From Planctomycetota bacterium (lineage in GTDB: Bacteria > Planctomycetota > Phycisphaerae > UBA1845), in the NCBI GenBank assembly GCA_038043285.1, contig JBBTCJ010000036.1, positions 26,822 through 90,821 on the forward strand: a stretch of DNA of 64,000 nt. The letters are read 5' to 3'. This document shows positions 43,993-54,160 of this stretch, piece after piece. The notes beneath the pieces were generated by a model, which saw only the letters and a list, made by a program, of their open reading frames with translations, was not told the DNA's origin and made no database searches. Position numbers and translations under genes: made by a program. Each line of letters opens with the position of its first letter. Position 1 is the first letter of the stretch.

Positions 43993-46512
43993 ATGTTCAT
44001 GGCCTTCGCGACCGACACGCCTCCCTTTTGGACAAGATTCCAGCGATTCTGCACCGATAAACACCCTGGGCGGGCCGAGAAGCCGTCGTGGCACTCCGCC
44101 CCACCCGCTGCTGCCTCCGCCAAGGGTACCCCCTTGATAACCGTTGCCGAACCCACCACCGACGCATTGCGGGATGCGCTGATCCAGCTCATTAAACAGG
44201 GCAAGACTTACGAGTCCCTGGCCGTCGCCGAGCGACTGCTCGCAGCGGAACCCCAGGACGGATACGTCCGCCTCATGGCGGTTCGCTGTCTGGTGGAGCT
44301 GGGATTGGTGCAACCGGCCAAAGAGATGCTGGCGGGCGCTTCGGCGTGGGAGGCGGATGCCGATGTTGAACCGGTTCGTCAATCGCTGGCCCGCTTGCGC
44401 GGGGCACCCGTTTCGTGGCGGACCCTGGCCGATCGCTTCGAGCGCAACGTCGCATCCATGGAGGGGCGAGGATCCTTGGCGGCGGAGTTGCGATCCGAAT
44501 GGAGCCGTGCGGAATCCTGCTACGAACTGTACCGCGACCGCCACGGCGAGCACCAGATCCGAGAACGATCGTTCGGCGGGGATTGGCGTTGGATTCCGAT
44601 TCTTGCCCGACATGGCCAGGTGGAGAACGATCGCGCGTGGCCCGAGGACATCGGCGCGAACATGCCCGGTCCGTATCTCTTCGAGGGTCTTGGCCTCGGT
44701 GGATACTTCGAACGGCTCTATCATCGCACCCACGACTCGTTCCTGGGCTACAGCTCGGCGCTGTACGTGGTCGAGCGAAAGCCGGCGCGGCTGGCGATGG
44801 TGCTCCATCTGCGGGATTGGCGGGGGATTCTCGCCGACCCGCGTGTGCATTTCTTCCTGGGGGAAAACGCCCTGGACGCCCTGCGGAGCGCGTGGGAACA
44901 GGATGCTGATCTTCCGCCGCCGAGACAGGCGTTCACCTCGGGTCCGTTCGACGCCCACGATCCGCCGCAAGCTTGCGCGATGGTCGAACGTTTCATGGCC
45001 GCGAGGGACCGCAAGATCGAAGAATCACTGGCGGACCTCGAACGGCGTTACGCCGGTCGTGATCGGCGTTGGTGGGCGCGGCGTCTGGGGGCGGCGCTTC
45101 GCGGCGAGGACCGCCCGCTGCGGATCCTCTCGGCCGTCAGCATCCATACGACCTTCCTGCAACACTCTATCCGCGACGCGAAGCGCGCTATCGAATCTCT
45201 GGGGCATGAATGTCGCGTGCTGACCGAGCAAACACCGTACGCGATGACCGGGAGTCTCACCTTCCACAATGCGATCCGCGAATTGGAACCGGATATCTTC
45301 TTCCTGCTCGATCATCTGCGTCCTGAGGTTCGCGGGTTGATCCCCGAGGGGCTACCCCTGCTGACCTGGGACCAGGATCAGTTACCCCACGTCGTCACCC
45401 GGGCGAACCTGGCCAATGTGCTTCCGCATGACTTCCTGGTCGGGTGCTCAAAATCCCGCTGCGTAGAGTTAGGCTTCAACCCCAAGCAATACCTTCACGC
45501 GCGGGTTCCGACGTGCCCCGAGCAATTCGGCGGCGATCCACTGACCGACGAGGAACTTCAACGCTACGCGTGCGACGTTTCCTTCGTCAGTCACGCGTCG
45601 CAGACTCCGCACCAGTTTCATCTTCAACAGCGCGAGTCCTGCGACAATCCGGCGATCGCCCGACTGATCGATCAAATCTACGAGATCATTCCTGAGTACC
45701 TGGCTGCGTCGCCGGTTCCGGACGGGCACGTGATGAGCGCGATCATCGACGACGCCTCGCGCCGCTGCGGCGTCACGGGGTTGGACGACGATGCCTGTGT
45801 CGGGTTGGGAAACTGGTACGTCTGGCGGCTGGCAGACCGCATCTTCCGGCACCAAGCCCTCGATTGGATTGCGGACTGGTCCCGGGCCACCAGCAGGATA
45901 TTTCGCATCTACGGCAACGGCTGGCGGGAACATCCGACACTCGCGCCATTTGCCGCCGGACCGGCCGCCAACGGGCGGGAACTGCTGTGCATCCATCGCG
46001 CATCGAAGATCAACCTCCAACTGATGCCCGCGGGCTTCATCCACCAACGGGCGTTGGACGGGTTGGCCGGCGGCGGCTTCTTCCTGTCCCGACTCGCCCC
46101 CGGCGACCTTCGCGGCAAGAGCCTCCGCCGGCTGATCACCCGGATCGATGAACTTGGAATCAGCACCACCAACGAGTTGATTCATTGCCAGGACGACGAG
46201 GTCCGCTCTTTGCTGCGCGAGCAACTGGGTGCATCGCTCTCGCGTTCTTCGCGTTACATGCCACGGCTGCTGGATCATTTGCGATACTCGGCCGAGTTAC
46301 TCCATCCCGATGAAGCTTTCCAGGATTTCGAGCAGATCGTCTTTGAATCGGCCGACAGGTTCGCATCCTTGGCCGAGACGTTCCTGGGCGACGACGAGAC
46401 CCGGCGAGCGGTCCAGACGCGAATGCGCCAAGTCGTCGTTGAACGCTTCAGCTACCGAGCCGCCGTGGACCAGTTCCTGCGGGCGATGACCGACTACCTG
46501 TCGTCGAACTGA
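43993..46512 (+). CDS. CgeB-like glycosyltransferase (DUF3880 + Glyco_trans_1_2-like) with an N-terminal TPR-like region
   Basis: LRILSAVSIHTTFLQHSIRDAKRAIESLGHE... and FRIYGNGW...KINLQLMPAGFIHQRALDGLAGGGFFLS resemble the CgeB family. Confidence 0.6.
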   Translation: MFMAFATDTPPFWTRFQRFCTDKHPGRAEKPSWHSAPPAAASAKGTPLITVAEPTTDALRDALIQLIKQGKTYESLAVAERLLAAEPQDGYVRLMAVRCLVELGLVQPAKEMLAGASAWEADADVEPVRQSLARLRGAPVSWRTLADRFERNVASMEGRGSLAAELRSEWSRAESCYELYRDRHGEHQIRERSFGGDWRWIPILARHGQVENDRAWPEDIGANMPGPYLFEGLGLGGYFERLYHRTHDSFLGYSSALYVVERKPARLAMVLHLRDWRGILADPRVHFFLGENALDALRSAWEQDADLPPPRQAFTSGPFDAHDPPQACAMVERFMAARDRKIEESLADLERRYAGRDRRWWARRLGAALRGEDRPLRILSAVSIHTTFLQHSIRDAKRAIESLGHECRVLTEQTPYAMTGSLTFHNAIRELEPDIFFLLDHLRPEVRGLIPEGLPLLTWDQDQLPHVVTRANLANVLPHDFLVGCSKSRCVELGFNPKQYLHARVPTCPEQFGGDPLTDEELQRYACDVSFVSHASQTPHQFHLQQRESCDNPAIARLIDQIYEIIPEYLAASPVPDGHVMSAIIDDASRRCGVTGLDDDACVGLGNWYVWRLADRIFRHQALDWIADWSRATSRIFRIYGNGWREHPTLAPFAAGPAANGRELLCIHRASKINLQLMPAGFIHQRALDGLAGGGFFLSRLAPGDLRGKSLRRLITRIDELGISTTNELIHCQDDEVRSLLREQLGASLSRSSRYMPRLLDHLRYSAELLHPDEAFQDFEQIVFESADRFASLAETFLGDDETRRAVQTRMRQVVVERFSYRAAVDQFLRAMTDYLSSN

Positions 46513-46654
46513 CCCGCCCTGCAAGACAAGCCCTCGACCCCAGCGACGTTCGGTTCCCAATCCAAAAGCCGCGACCCGGAACCACCGATAACCCTGCGAG
46601 CGGCGCCGGCGTGCGCAGAAATTGCGCCGACGCACCGTTTCTTGGGCAACCTCC

Positions 46655-48199
46655 ATGACCGACGTTCTGCATCCCACCTCGGGCGCGATCACGATCGGGA
46701 ACAACCCATCCCCGCTCCGTGAATGCCCCGTGGAAACAACCACCCGCGTCGCTCAGATCGAGCCGGCCGTCCCCGGCAAGCGCGAGTGGTTGGATTCCAT
46801 CCGGGATTTCTACGAACGCGCCAATCGCCCACCGCGAAAGCGCTGGAGCGATTACTACTACTTGCGCATCCAGAAACGGCTGGCGGGCATGATCCCGCCG
46901 GGCACTCGCGTGCTGGAGATCGGCTGCGGCACCGGTGAACTCCTGGCCTCCTTGCGCCCCTCCGTCGGCGTGGGCGTGGACCTGAGCGAAAATCTCGTCC
47001 GCGAGGCCCGACGACGCCATCCCGACCTGCGCTTTTCGACCCTGCCCGGCGAGTCGGTGGGCGAACTCGGCGACACCTTCGACTACGTCATTCTCTCCCA
47101 GACCATCGGCGAGGTTTATGACGTGCGCGAACTCCTGCGCGCCGTACAACGAGTCTGTCACGCGCGAACGCGGCTGATGATCGTGCAGTACAGCCGCCTA
47201 TGGCAGCCGATGCTGTCCCTTCTGGAAAAACTGCGACTGAAGCGACGCGGACCGGAACAGAACTGGCTTCCTTCCGACGAAATCTCGCGCCTTCTTCATC
47301 TGGGCAACTTTGAAACGATCCGGACGTTCGGCATGACGCCGTTTCCATGCTACGTTCCGGGACTGTCCGCACTGGTCAACCGCGTGCTGGGAAATCTTCC
47401 CGGCCTGCATCATCTGGGTCTCAGCGCCGTCGTGGTGGCCAGGTCCATCGACCCCACGGTCATCGAGAAATTCCGACCACGAAGCGCCTCGATCATAGTG
47501 CCCGCGCGAAACGAATCCGGACACATTCGGCAGATCCTCGCCCGCGTCCCGACCTTCGCCCCGCGGCAGGAGATCATCTTCGTCGAGGGCAACAGCACCG
47601 ACGACACCTGGGAGGAGATCCAACGCGTCGTCGGCGAGTACGACGGCCCGTTCACCGTTCGCGCGATGCGGCAGGACGGAAAGGGCAAAGGCGACGCGGT
47701 GCGCAAGGGGTTCGCCGCCGCCGGCGGCGACGTGCTCATGATTCTCGACGCCGATATCAGCGTTCCGCCTGAGGAACTGCCCGCGTTCTATGAAGCCCTG
47801 GCGTCCGGGAAGGGAGAGTTCATCAACGGGTCGCGGATGGTCTATCTGATGGACAGGCGGGCCATGCGTTTCCTGAATCTGCTGGGCAACAAGGGCTTCG
47901 GCTGGATCTTTACCTACCTGTTGTCGCAGGGATTTCGCGACACGCTCTGCGGAACCAAAGTGCTGACGCGCGCGGATTACCGGCGAATCGCCGCCCAGCG
48001 GGCCTATTTCGGCGACTTCGATCCCTTCGGCGATTTTGATCTGCTGTTCGGGGCCGCACGAGCGAATCTCAAGATCATCGATCTACCCGTCCACTACAAA
48101 GCCCGCACCTACGGCGAAACGAACATCTCACGATTCCGCCACGGGTGGATGCTGCTGCGGATGTGCGTCTTGGCCGCAAGAAAGCTGAAGTTTGTTTGA
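46655..48199 (+). CDS. bifunctional class I methyltransferase / GT2 polyprenyl-phosphate glycosyltransferase-like protein
   Basis: N-half VLEIGCGTGE motif I. C-half ASIIVPARNESGHI...IIFVEGNSTDDT...LMILDADISV (DPM1/ArnC/GtrB-like GT2) with a hydrophobic tail. Confidence 0.85.
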   Translation: MTDVLHPTSGAITIGNNPSPLRECPVETTTRVAQIEPAVPGKREWLDSIRDFYERANRPPRKRWSDYYYLRIQKRLAGMIPPGTRVLEIGCGTGELLASLRPSVGVGVDLSENLVREARRRHPDLRFSTLPGESVGELGDTFDYVILSQTIGEVYDVRELLRAVQRVCHARTRLMIVQYSRLWQPMLSLLEKLRLKRRGPEQNWLPSDEISRLLHLGNFETIRTFGMTPFPCYVPGLSALVNRVLGNLPGLHHLGLSAVVVARSIDPTVIEKFRPRSASIIVPARNESGHIRQILARVPTFAPRQEIIFVEGNSTDDTWEEIQRVVGEYDGPFTVRAMRQDGKGKGDAVRKGFAAAGGDVLMILDADISVPPEELPAFYEALASGKGEFINGSRMVYLMDRRAMRFLNLLGNKGFGWIFTYLLSQGFRDTLCGTKVLTRADYRRIAAQRAYFGDFDPFGDFDLLFGAARANLKIIDLPVHYKARTYGETNISRFRHGWMLLRMCVLAARKLKFV

Positions 48200-48304
48200 C
48201 GTCGAATTGACCGACCCCCACCCCTCCGCAGGACTCCACGCGCGATGCTTCGGCCGGCGGCAAAATCCCGCGCGCTAAATGGGAGCGCGGAAAGATTTAC
48301 GCTT

Positions 48305-48396
48305 CCTGAGCCGCTGGCTTCAGCCTGCGCGACACTTTGAACGTCGGTTCCATTGCGATGGGGGAAGCATCGCGCGGGCTAAAGCCCGTGGCTCAG
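48305..48396. repeat. two degenerate repeat-family-B hairpins flanked by CCTGAGCC/GGCTCAGG
   Basis: CCTGAGCCGCTGGCTTCAGCCTGCG at 48305 and GCGCGGGCTAAAGCCCGTGGCTCAGG at 48372. Both relate to the perfect hairpin at 9659. Confidence 0.6.
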
Positions 48397-48439
48397 GATA
48401 AATTACTCTGCGCTCCTGCTTAGCTCATTTTCGCTCTTT

Positions 48440-48507
48440 GTGTAACGTCGCCCTTCATGGGCGGCGCGTCCCAGGAAGCGCCGCGGATGATCTGCGGCGC
48501 TGCACAA
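48440..48507 (+). repeat. repeat family C, copy 1 (68-bp imperfect palindromic element)
   Basis: GTGTAACGTCGCCCTTCATGGGCGGCGC...GCGCCGCGGATGATCTGCGGCGCTGCACAA aligns along its length with 58584..58651. Confidence 0.8.
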
Positions 48508-48521
48508 CAACGCATTTGGCT

Positions 48522-50384
48522 CTATGGAAGTGCTGGCCCGACCCCCGCCACGCGAAGCGGATCGAGGTAGTCGCGAATGAAAATCTCGCGCTCACCCTCG
48601 TTGGCGCACTGTTCGACCGCCGTTGCGAAGGCATGCCGCGCCGATAGCTCGTCACCGTGCGTGAGCAAGTACCTTCCGCGGACGATCGCCGGTCCGGTCA
48701 GCGAGCTGCCCAGGGGAGTGCTCCGGCTGATCGTCTCGATGGCGTCGACCAGGCGCCTCGCGGCCTCGCCGGAACCACGAACCTCAAGCACAAATAGCCC
48801 GTTGAAGGCGTGCACCTGCGTCGACGCGGCAACCAGCCGCGGCGGGGGAAGCTGGTCGGCGCCCACGTACATGCGGTCTCGATATCCGACGACCCACACC
48901 GCGTTGTCCATGCTCGTCCATGGCGATTCAGACAGCTTCTCCACCTTCGTGCGCAGACCGACTTCGAGGAATCGCGCATCGCCCAAACCATAGTGTTTTC
49001 GGCCGTGCGCATGCGAATAATACGATGGCGGCACGGTGTCGGAGGCGATCGTGGCGAAGGCGTCACCGGTTGACGCCCGCTCGCGGAGCAGGCCCATCAC
49101 CCCCCGCCAGTCACGCTTGTCCAGGCGCTCGACGCCGTCGATCGTCGCGCGAAGCATTGGGAGTGCCATCAGGGAAACCAAAAGCGCCGCACCAGCCATA
49201 TTCGCTGCGCTCCCGATGAACGCCAGGCGGCGCCGCAGGGCGTCAACACCCGCTGCCGCAAGGACAAACAGCGGAACGACCCCGATCAGCAGATATTGAG
49301 GCTTGGGCGTCGCGTTACCCATCAACGCGTACACCGCCGCATAGAGAAAGGGAAACGGAAGAAAGGTGGCGGCGAAAAGCAACGCAGCGTGATTCTTCCC
49401 CAGCCTGAGGGAACGGCGCGCGACCGCGATGAGTCCAAGTATGGCGAATCCGCCGGCGACGACAAGCAGCCATTCCTCTCCGGGAACCGCGTGGAAGACC
49501 CTGCGCCAGGAGTATCCCCACAACGCGGCCTGGTAGGCCTCAGCCAGCAAATCACCGGCCCGCGCCAGTACCGCCTCGCCCGGGCCTCCGACGCCACGGC
49601 GGGCGCGGTCGAGGATGATTCCGAAAATCGGTCCATACGCGGCGTACACCACGCCAAACACCGCCGCGCACGCCAAGAGGCGATGTCGCGCAGATCGTCC
49701 AGCGTCGGCCTGCGTGGGCGACCGATGGGATGCGAGGGTTTGCAGCACCGCAAACGCGAACAGCCCCAAGGCAATGAAGTGCGGATCGGTCCAGCGGGTC
49801 ATTAACAGGCTGAGCAGCGTCGCCGCAGACACAAGCCACGCTGAAAAGGTATGTCGCCGCCAGGCGCGCCCGAACGCAAGCACCGACGCCAGCGCAAAAA
49901 ACAGACAAATCGCGTAGGGTCTTGCCTCCTGGGACATGGCCACATGAAGTGGGCAGACCGCCAGGAACGCCGCGGCGACGATTCCCGCGAAGCCGCCGGC
50001 AATTCGACTTGCAAGGCAACCCAACAGCAGGACGCCTCCAGCGCCGAAGATCGCAGCCGGGAGGCGAACCCACCAGTCGCTCGCGGCAAGGCCCAGGCGA
50101 TCAAGAACCGCGCCGATCAGATTGTCCAGCGGAGGCTGATTCAGTTCGGCGGAAAGTGCCACCAGTTGCGGCAACCGTTGATCGTACGTTTCAACCGTCG
50201 CCAGCTCGTCGATCCACAGGCTTTCCCTGTCCAGACCCCAGAGCCGAAGACCGAGCGAGGCAACCGTAATGACCACCAGTGCCGCAAATTGGGGGCGCGA
50301 AAGGCGTGCCCCGGCGGTCGCGCAAGACCGCGCCAATCCGGGCGGCAGGCAGGCCTCTGGCGACTGAGCCGATTCGTCAACCAT
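48522..50384 (-). CDS. GT39/ArnT-PMT-like polytopic membrane glycosyltransferase with a soluble C-terminal domain
   Basis: LRLWGLDRESLWIDELATVE...WWVRLPAAIFGAGGVLLLGCLASR followed by many TM segments. The start is uncertain: ATG 50384 is used, the ORF extends to 50579, and either choice overlaps the upstream methyltransferase gene. Confidence 0.7.
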   Translation of the reverse strand: MVDESAQSPEACLPPGLARSCATAGARLSRPQFAALVVITVASLGLRLWGLDRESLWIDELATVETYDQRLPQLVALSAELNQPPLDNLIGAVLDRLGLAASDWWVRLPAAIFGAGGVLLLGCLASRIAGGFAGIVAAAFLAVCPLHVAMSQEARPYAICLFFALASVLAFGRAWRRHTFSAWLVSAATLLSLLMTRWTDPHFIALGLFAFAVLQTLASHRSPTQADAGRSARHRLLACAAVFGVVYAAYGPIFGIILDRARRGVGGPGEAVLARAGDLLAEAYQAALWGYSWRRVFHAVPGEEWLLVVAGGFAILGLIAVARRSLRLGKNHAALLFAATFLPFPFLYAAVYALMGNATPKPQYLLIGVVPLFVLAAAGVDALRRRLAFIGSAANMAGAALLVSLMALPMLRATIDGVERLDKRDWRGVMGLLRERASTGDAFATIASDTVPPSYYSHAHGRKHYGLGDARFLEVGLRTKVEKLSESPWTSMDNAVWVVGYRDRMYVGADQLPPPRLVAASTQVHAFNGLFVLEVRGSGEAARRLVDAIETISRSTPLGSSLTGPAIVRGRYLLTHGDELSARHAFATAVEQCANEGEREIFIRDYLDPLRVAGVGPALP

Positions 50385-50428
50385 TACGGCGGTCCGGGGG
50401 GGAATCCGTTGTGGAAGAGGCCTGGAAC

Positions 50429-51076
50429 CTATGTCCGTCGTCCCTTGATGCAGACGTAGGCCGTCAACGCCGGCGGCATCCAACGAGGGGAGTACAGCAC
50501 CTCCTCGATGTGAAATCGCCGCCGCATCGCGCTCATCACCCAAGCGTTGTCGCTGACGTGGTATTTCTTGATGTTGCACCCAAGGAGGTAGAACGCGCTG
50601 TTCATCAGCACGTTCACCCCGGGAATGCCGACCACGTAACAGCCGCCCGGACGCAAAACCCGATGGATTTCCTCGAAGGCACGTTCCTGCTGCTCTGGGG
50701 GCAGCTCTTCGTGAATGCTGATGGCCACGGCGGCGGCGAACGATCCGTCGTCGAACGGAAGCTCTGTCACGCTGGCCTGCCTCAGGTCAAGGTCCAGATC
50801 GTACGGCTGGAATGTTCGGGCAACCGAATCGGCCCGCTCATGGACGTCTACGCCGACGATGCGCCGGAACTTGGACGCGAGGTTGAGGAACCCAACGCCG
50901 CTGCCGTAACCCACTTCGAGCACGCGATCGCCCGCCGGCAGAAGCGAGATGCACCGGGCCACCCGGCGGCGATAGAGACCGCCGATGATCGGCCAACGGT
51001 AATAACGAATCGGGTCCGCCTCGCCCGTCCGGGCGTACGCCCCCGGGGCGAGCATCTGAAGTTCCATCAGCGACAC
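50429..51076 (-). CDS. class I SAM-dependent methyltransferase
   Basis: VLEVGYGSGV motif I, then FAAAVAISIHEEL and VLRPGGCYVVGIP. Confidence 0.8.
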   Translation of the reverse strand: MSLMELQMLAPGAYARTGEADPIRYYRWPIIGGLYRRRVARCISLLPAGDRVLEVGYGSGVGFLNLASKFRRIVGVDVHERADSVARTFQPYDLDLDLRQASVTELPFDDGSFAAAVAISIHEELPPEQQERAFEEIHRVLRPGGCYVVGIPGVNVLMNSAFYLLGCNIKKYHVSDNAWVMSAMRRRFHIEEVLYSPRWMPPALTAYVCIKGRRT

Positions 51077-51205
51077 CTCGCTTGACCGTACGGCAAGAAC
51101 GAACCGCGGTCATCCGGGGTATATCGGACGTTCGACCGACGCGGATGAAGCCCCATCGACCCGAACGTGCTTTGACGGTCCCGCCCAACGACCGATAAGA
51201 ACAAC

Positions 51206-51886
51206 GTGAGCCTTCTAGCTTCCAATGCCCGCGTTGCGGGATTGTTCGACGACGCCGCCGCCTCGTACGAGGAATCCAGCAATCCCTACACCCTCGGACG
51301 TCGGGCGGACACGCTGGCGGCGCTGGTCCAGGGACGGTCTCTGGAACTCGGCGGAGGCACGGCCGCCGTCACCAGCCGGCTCGCCGATCGCAGCCGCGCG
51401 ATTCACTCCGACATCGCCCCGGCGATGTGTCGCATCGCGCACTCCAAGGTCGGATGCCCCAGCGTCTGTTTCGATGCACAGTGGATACCGATCGCGGACG
51501 CCAGCATCGATACCGCGATCGCCTCCGAAATGATTTACTATCTCTCCGAACCCGAGCGATTCGTTCGTGAAGCCTACCGCGTGCTTCGACCGGGGGGCAA
51601 ACTCCTGATGTCCACCACCAACCCGGCGGCCGCCATTCTCGACCGAGGCCGCGCGTGCCTTCGACGACTGGGATTTCGAGGAATGTTCTTCGACGACGGC
51701 TCGCCGCGCTTTCTTCGGCTTCGCGACGTCAAGGACATGCTCCAGCACGCGGGATTTGTAGTCGAGCGCACCTGGAACATCCTCCCCCTTCCCTTCGCGG
51801 CGTTGGATCGCCTCAACCGTCTGTTGGAGCGGACGCCCATTGCCCGATGGGGGCTGTTCATGATGATCGCGGCCCGTAAGCCATAG
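51206..51886 (+). CDS. class I SAM-dependent methyltransferase
   Basis: SLELGGGTAA motif I, then IDTAIASEMIYYL and VLRPGGKLLMSTTN. It has a GTG start. Confidence 0.8.
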   Translation: MSLLASNARVAGLFDDAAASYEESSNPYTLGRRADTLAALVQGRSLELGGGTAAVTSRLADRSRAIHSDIAPAMCRIAHSKVGCPSVCFDAQWIPIADASIDTAIASEMIYYLSEPERFVREAYRVLRPGGKLLMSTTNPAAAILDRGRACLRRLGFRGMFFDDGSPRFLRLRDVKDMLQHAGFVVERTWNILPLPFAALDRLNRLLERTPIARWGLFMMIAARKP

Positions 51887-51906
51887 CCCGCATCTCCACC
51901 GCAACT

Positions 51907-54006
51907 CTACCGCGGAAAAGCTTCGACCACGCCGCCGTCGATCGGCAGCGTCGCCCCGGTCGTAGGCGTCGCGTTGCTGGCGAAGAACACTACGGCCAGG
52001 CCGACGTGTCGGGGCGTCACGCGGGTCTTAAGCAGGGTTCGCTGCCGGTAGTACTCCGGAAGCTCCGACTCATTCATCCGCCGACTTTTCGCACGTTCAG
52101 GTCCGACCGCCCGCCACAGCCCAGAGGGATTCTCCTCGTCGCCGAAGACCGCGTCCGGCGTCAGCATGTTCACCCGGACTCCATGCGGCGCGAATTCGAT
52201 CGCCGCGACCTTGCCGAGTTGATGGGCGGCGGCCTTCGACGCGCTATAGGCCCCGAAATCCTTGCCCGGACCGAGGACGTTCTTGCTGGAGACGATCACC
52301 ACGTTGCCGCCCAGACCCTGTCGCTGCAAGACTATCGCGCCCTCCCGAAGCACCAGGAGACAACCGGTGGCGTTTACCTCCATCAGCCGGCGAAAATCGG
52401 CCGCCGCCAGGTCCGCAAGCGGCGACACGTGGGCGACGCCGGCGTTGGGAACCACGACGTCGACGCCGCCGAAGAATCGGCAGGCCTCATCGAACCCCTC
52501 GCGGACACTGCGCTCGTCGGTGACGTCCATGGTCAGGGGAATGCACCTTCCGGGACCGAATTGTCGCTCGATCCGGGCCGCCGCATTCGACGCCCGGTCC
52601 GCGTCCACATCGCACAAGGCAACGTGTGCCCCGGCCTCGGCGCAGGCCTCGGCAATCCCCACGCCGATCGCGCCCGCCCCACCGGAAATGAGCACGACTT
52701 GCCCAGCCAGCGATGCGGCGACCTTCTTTCCGAGCTTGGCCCGCTGCAAGTCACGGAACTCCATCGCCGCCAAATCCTTATTCGGGAGCGACTCATACCC
52801 GCCCGCGAGAAAGGCGCGGAGTTTGGCTCGCAGGGTGTGTTCGGCGATATCGGCCGCGATCCGCGCGTCGCGTTTCGTTGCCCCCCAGCAAAACAGACCC
52901 GCCCCCGGCAGCAACACCACGCGCGGCGCGGCATCGAGTTCCGAAACCGAGCTTGTATGGCTCGCGGCGTACGCGCGATAGGCTTCCTTGCATTCCGTGA
53001 CCGCGTCGCCGAGTTGCCCACGCAACCCCTCCGCGTCGCCCCACTTCGGCGACGGAACGTACAGGTAGCGGGCCTTTGTACGAATCAGGTGATCACTGGT
53101 CAGCGGTCCGCTGCGGCAGAGTTCCAACGCTTCATCGCTGTCCGCCAAAGAGAGCAGTTCGGAATCGCCGCGCCACTCCAGCACCGATCTCTGGATGGGA
53201 CCGTCCTCGCCCTGGGGGCGATGCGCCAGCAAACCGCGCAGCATCGGGCCGACTTCAGCCGCCAGGGCCGCGGGTTCCTTCGTCCGGCTGAACGCAACGC
53301 GAACCTGTCGGCCTGTGACGATGCCCTCCAGAAATCTTTCGCAACGATCAACCAGTTCAACGTGCCGCTCGTAGGACGTCCGCGCGTCGTCCGCGAAGGT
53401 AACCAACCCATGCTGGAGGAGAACGATCCCCTCGGCATCCGGCTTCGCCGCCATCGCGACCGCCACCGCCTGAGCAAGGGCGAACCCCGGCTTGACGTAC
53501 GGCACGACGACGACACCTTCGCCCATCGCCGCACGGGACAACTCCGCCCCGCGCGGCTGATTGGTGACCGAAAGCACGGCATCCGCGTGCGAATGATCGA
53601 CGAACCGATGCGGCAACGCGGCGTGCAACAGAGTCTCCATCGACGGCGTCGGGGCGTCCGCATCGAGAAGATGCGTGCGGATTTCGTTCACCATCGCCTG
53701 GTCATCTAGTTCGACCAGACGGAGGAGTCGCCGAAGGTGCGCAAGTTGGATCGCGGGCATCCCCTTCGGCTCGATCGACGCCAGATCCCAACCCGAAGCC
53801 TTGACGTGGAGCACCTCGATATCGTCGCCGAGGAGCGTTCGATGCCCGCGTTTGATCGAAACGTTCCCGCCGCCGTGCACAACCAGCCCGGCGTCCTCAC
53901 CGATCAAACAAGCGGAATAAAGCCGAAGGGCGAAGTCCCCCCCATACGGCTCGCCCCACCGGCGAACCGCCTCCCGTGCGCCGTCGTCGGTCCATCGACT
54001 CTTCAT
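51907..54006 (-). CDS. bifunctional class II aldolase/adducin-domain + short-chain dehydrogenase protein (rhamnulose-1-phosphate aldolase/alcohol dehydrogenase-like)
   Basis: N-half LVVHGGGNVSIK...HSHADAVL (class II aldolase). C-half VVLISGGAGAIGVG...YSASKAA (SDR Gly motif and YxxxK). The start is ATG 54006 (MKSRW). Confidence 0.9.
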   Translation of the reverse strand: MKSRWTDDGAREAVRRWGEPYGGDFALRLYSACLIGEDAGLVVHGGGNVSIKRGHRTLLGDDIEVLHVKASGWDLASIEPKGMPAIQLAHLRRLLRLVELDDQAMVNEIRTHLLDADAPTPSMETLLHAALPHRFVDHSHADAVLSVTNQPRGAELSRAAMGEGVVVVPYVKPGFALAQAVAVAMAAKPDAEGIVLLQHGLVTFADDARTSYERHVELVDRCERFLEGIVTGRQVRVAFSRTKEPAALAAEVGPMLRGLLAHRPQGEDGPIQRSVLEWRGDSELLSLADSDEALELCRSGPLTSDHLIRTKARYLYVPSPKWGDAEGLRGQLGDAVTECKEAYRAYAASHTSSVSELDAAPRVVLLPGAGLFCWGATKRDARIAADIAEHTLRAKLRAFLAGGYESLPNKDLAAMEFRDLQRAKLGKKVAASLAGQVVLISGGAGAIGVGIAEACAEAGAHVALCDVDADRASNAAARIERQFGPGRCIPLTMDVTDERSVREGFDEACRFFGGVDVVVPNAGVAHVSPLADLAAADFRRLMEVNATGCLLVLREGAIVLQRQGLGGNVVIVSSKNVLGPGKDFGAYSASKAAAHQLGKVAAIEFAPHGVRVNMLTPDAVFGDEENPSGLWRAVGPERAKSRRMNESELPEYYRQRTLLKTRVTPRHVGLAVVFFASNATPTTGATLPIDGGVVEAFPR

Positions 54007-54160
54007 GGAAAAACGCGAACCCACAGCCCCAAGAAGGTACCACGCGAGCCGCGGACTGCTCCCCTTGACGCGAAGTGTCAAGGGTCAGCCCGCGCGGACG
54101 CGCACTCACACGGTCTCTGTCAGGTGCTCGGGCGACAAGCCCCGACGGTGTATCCCGGAG

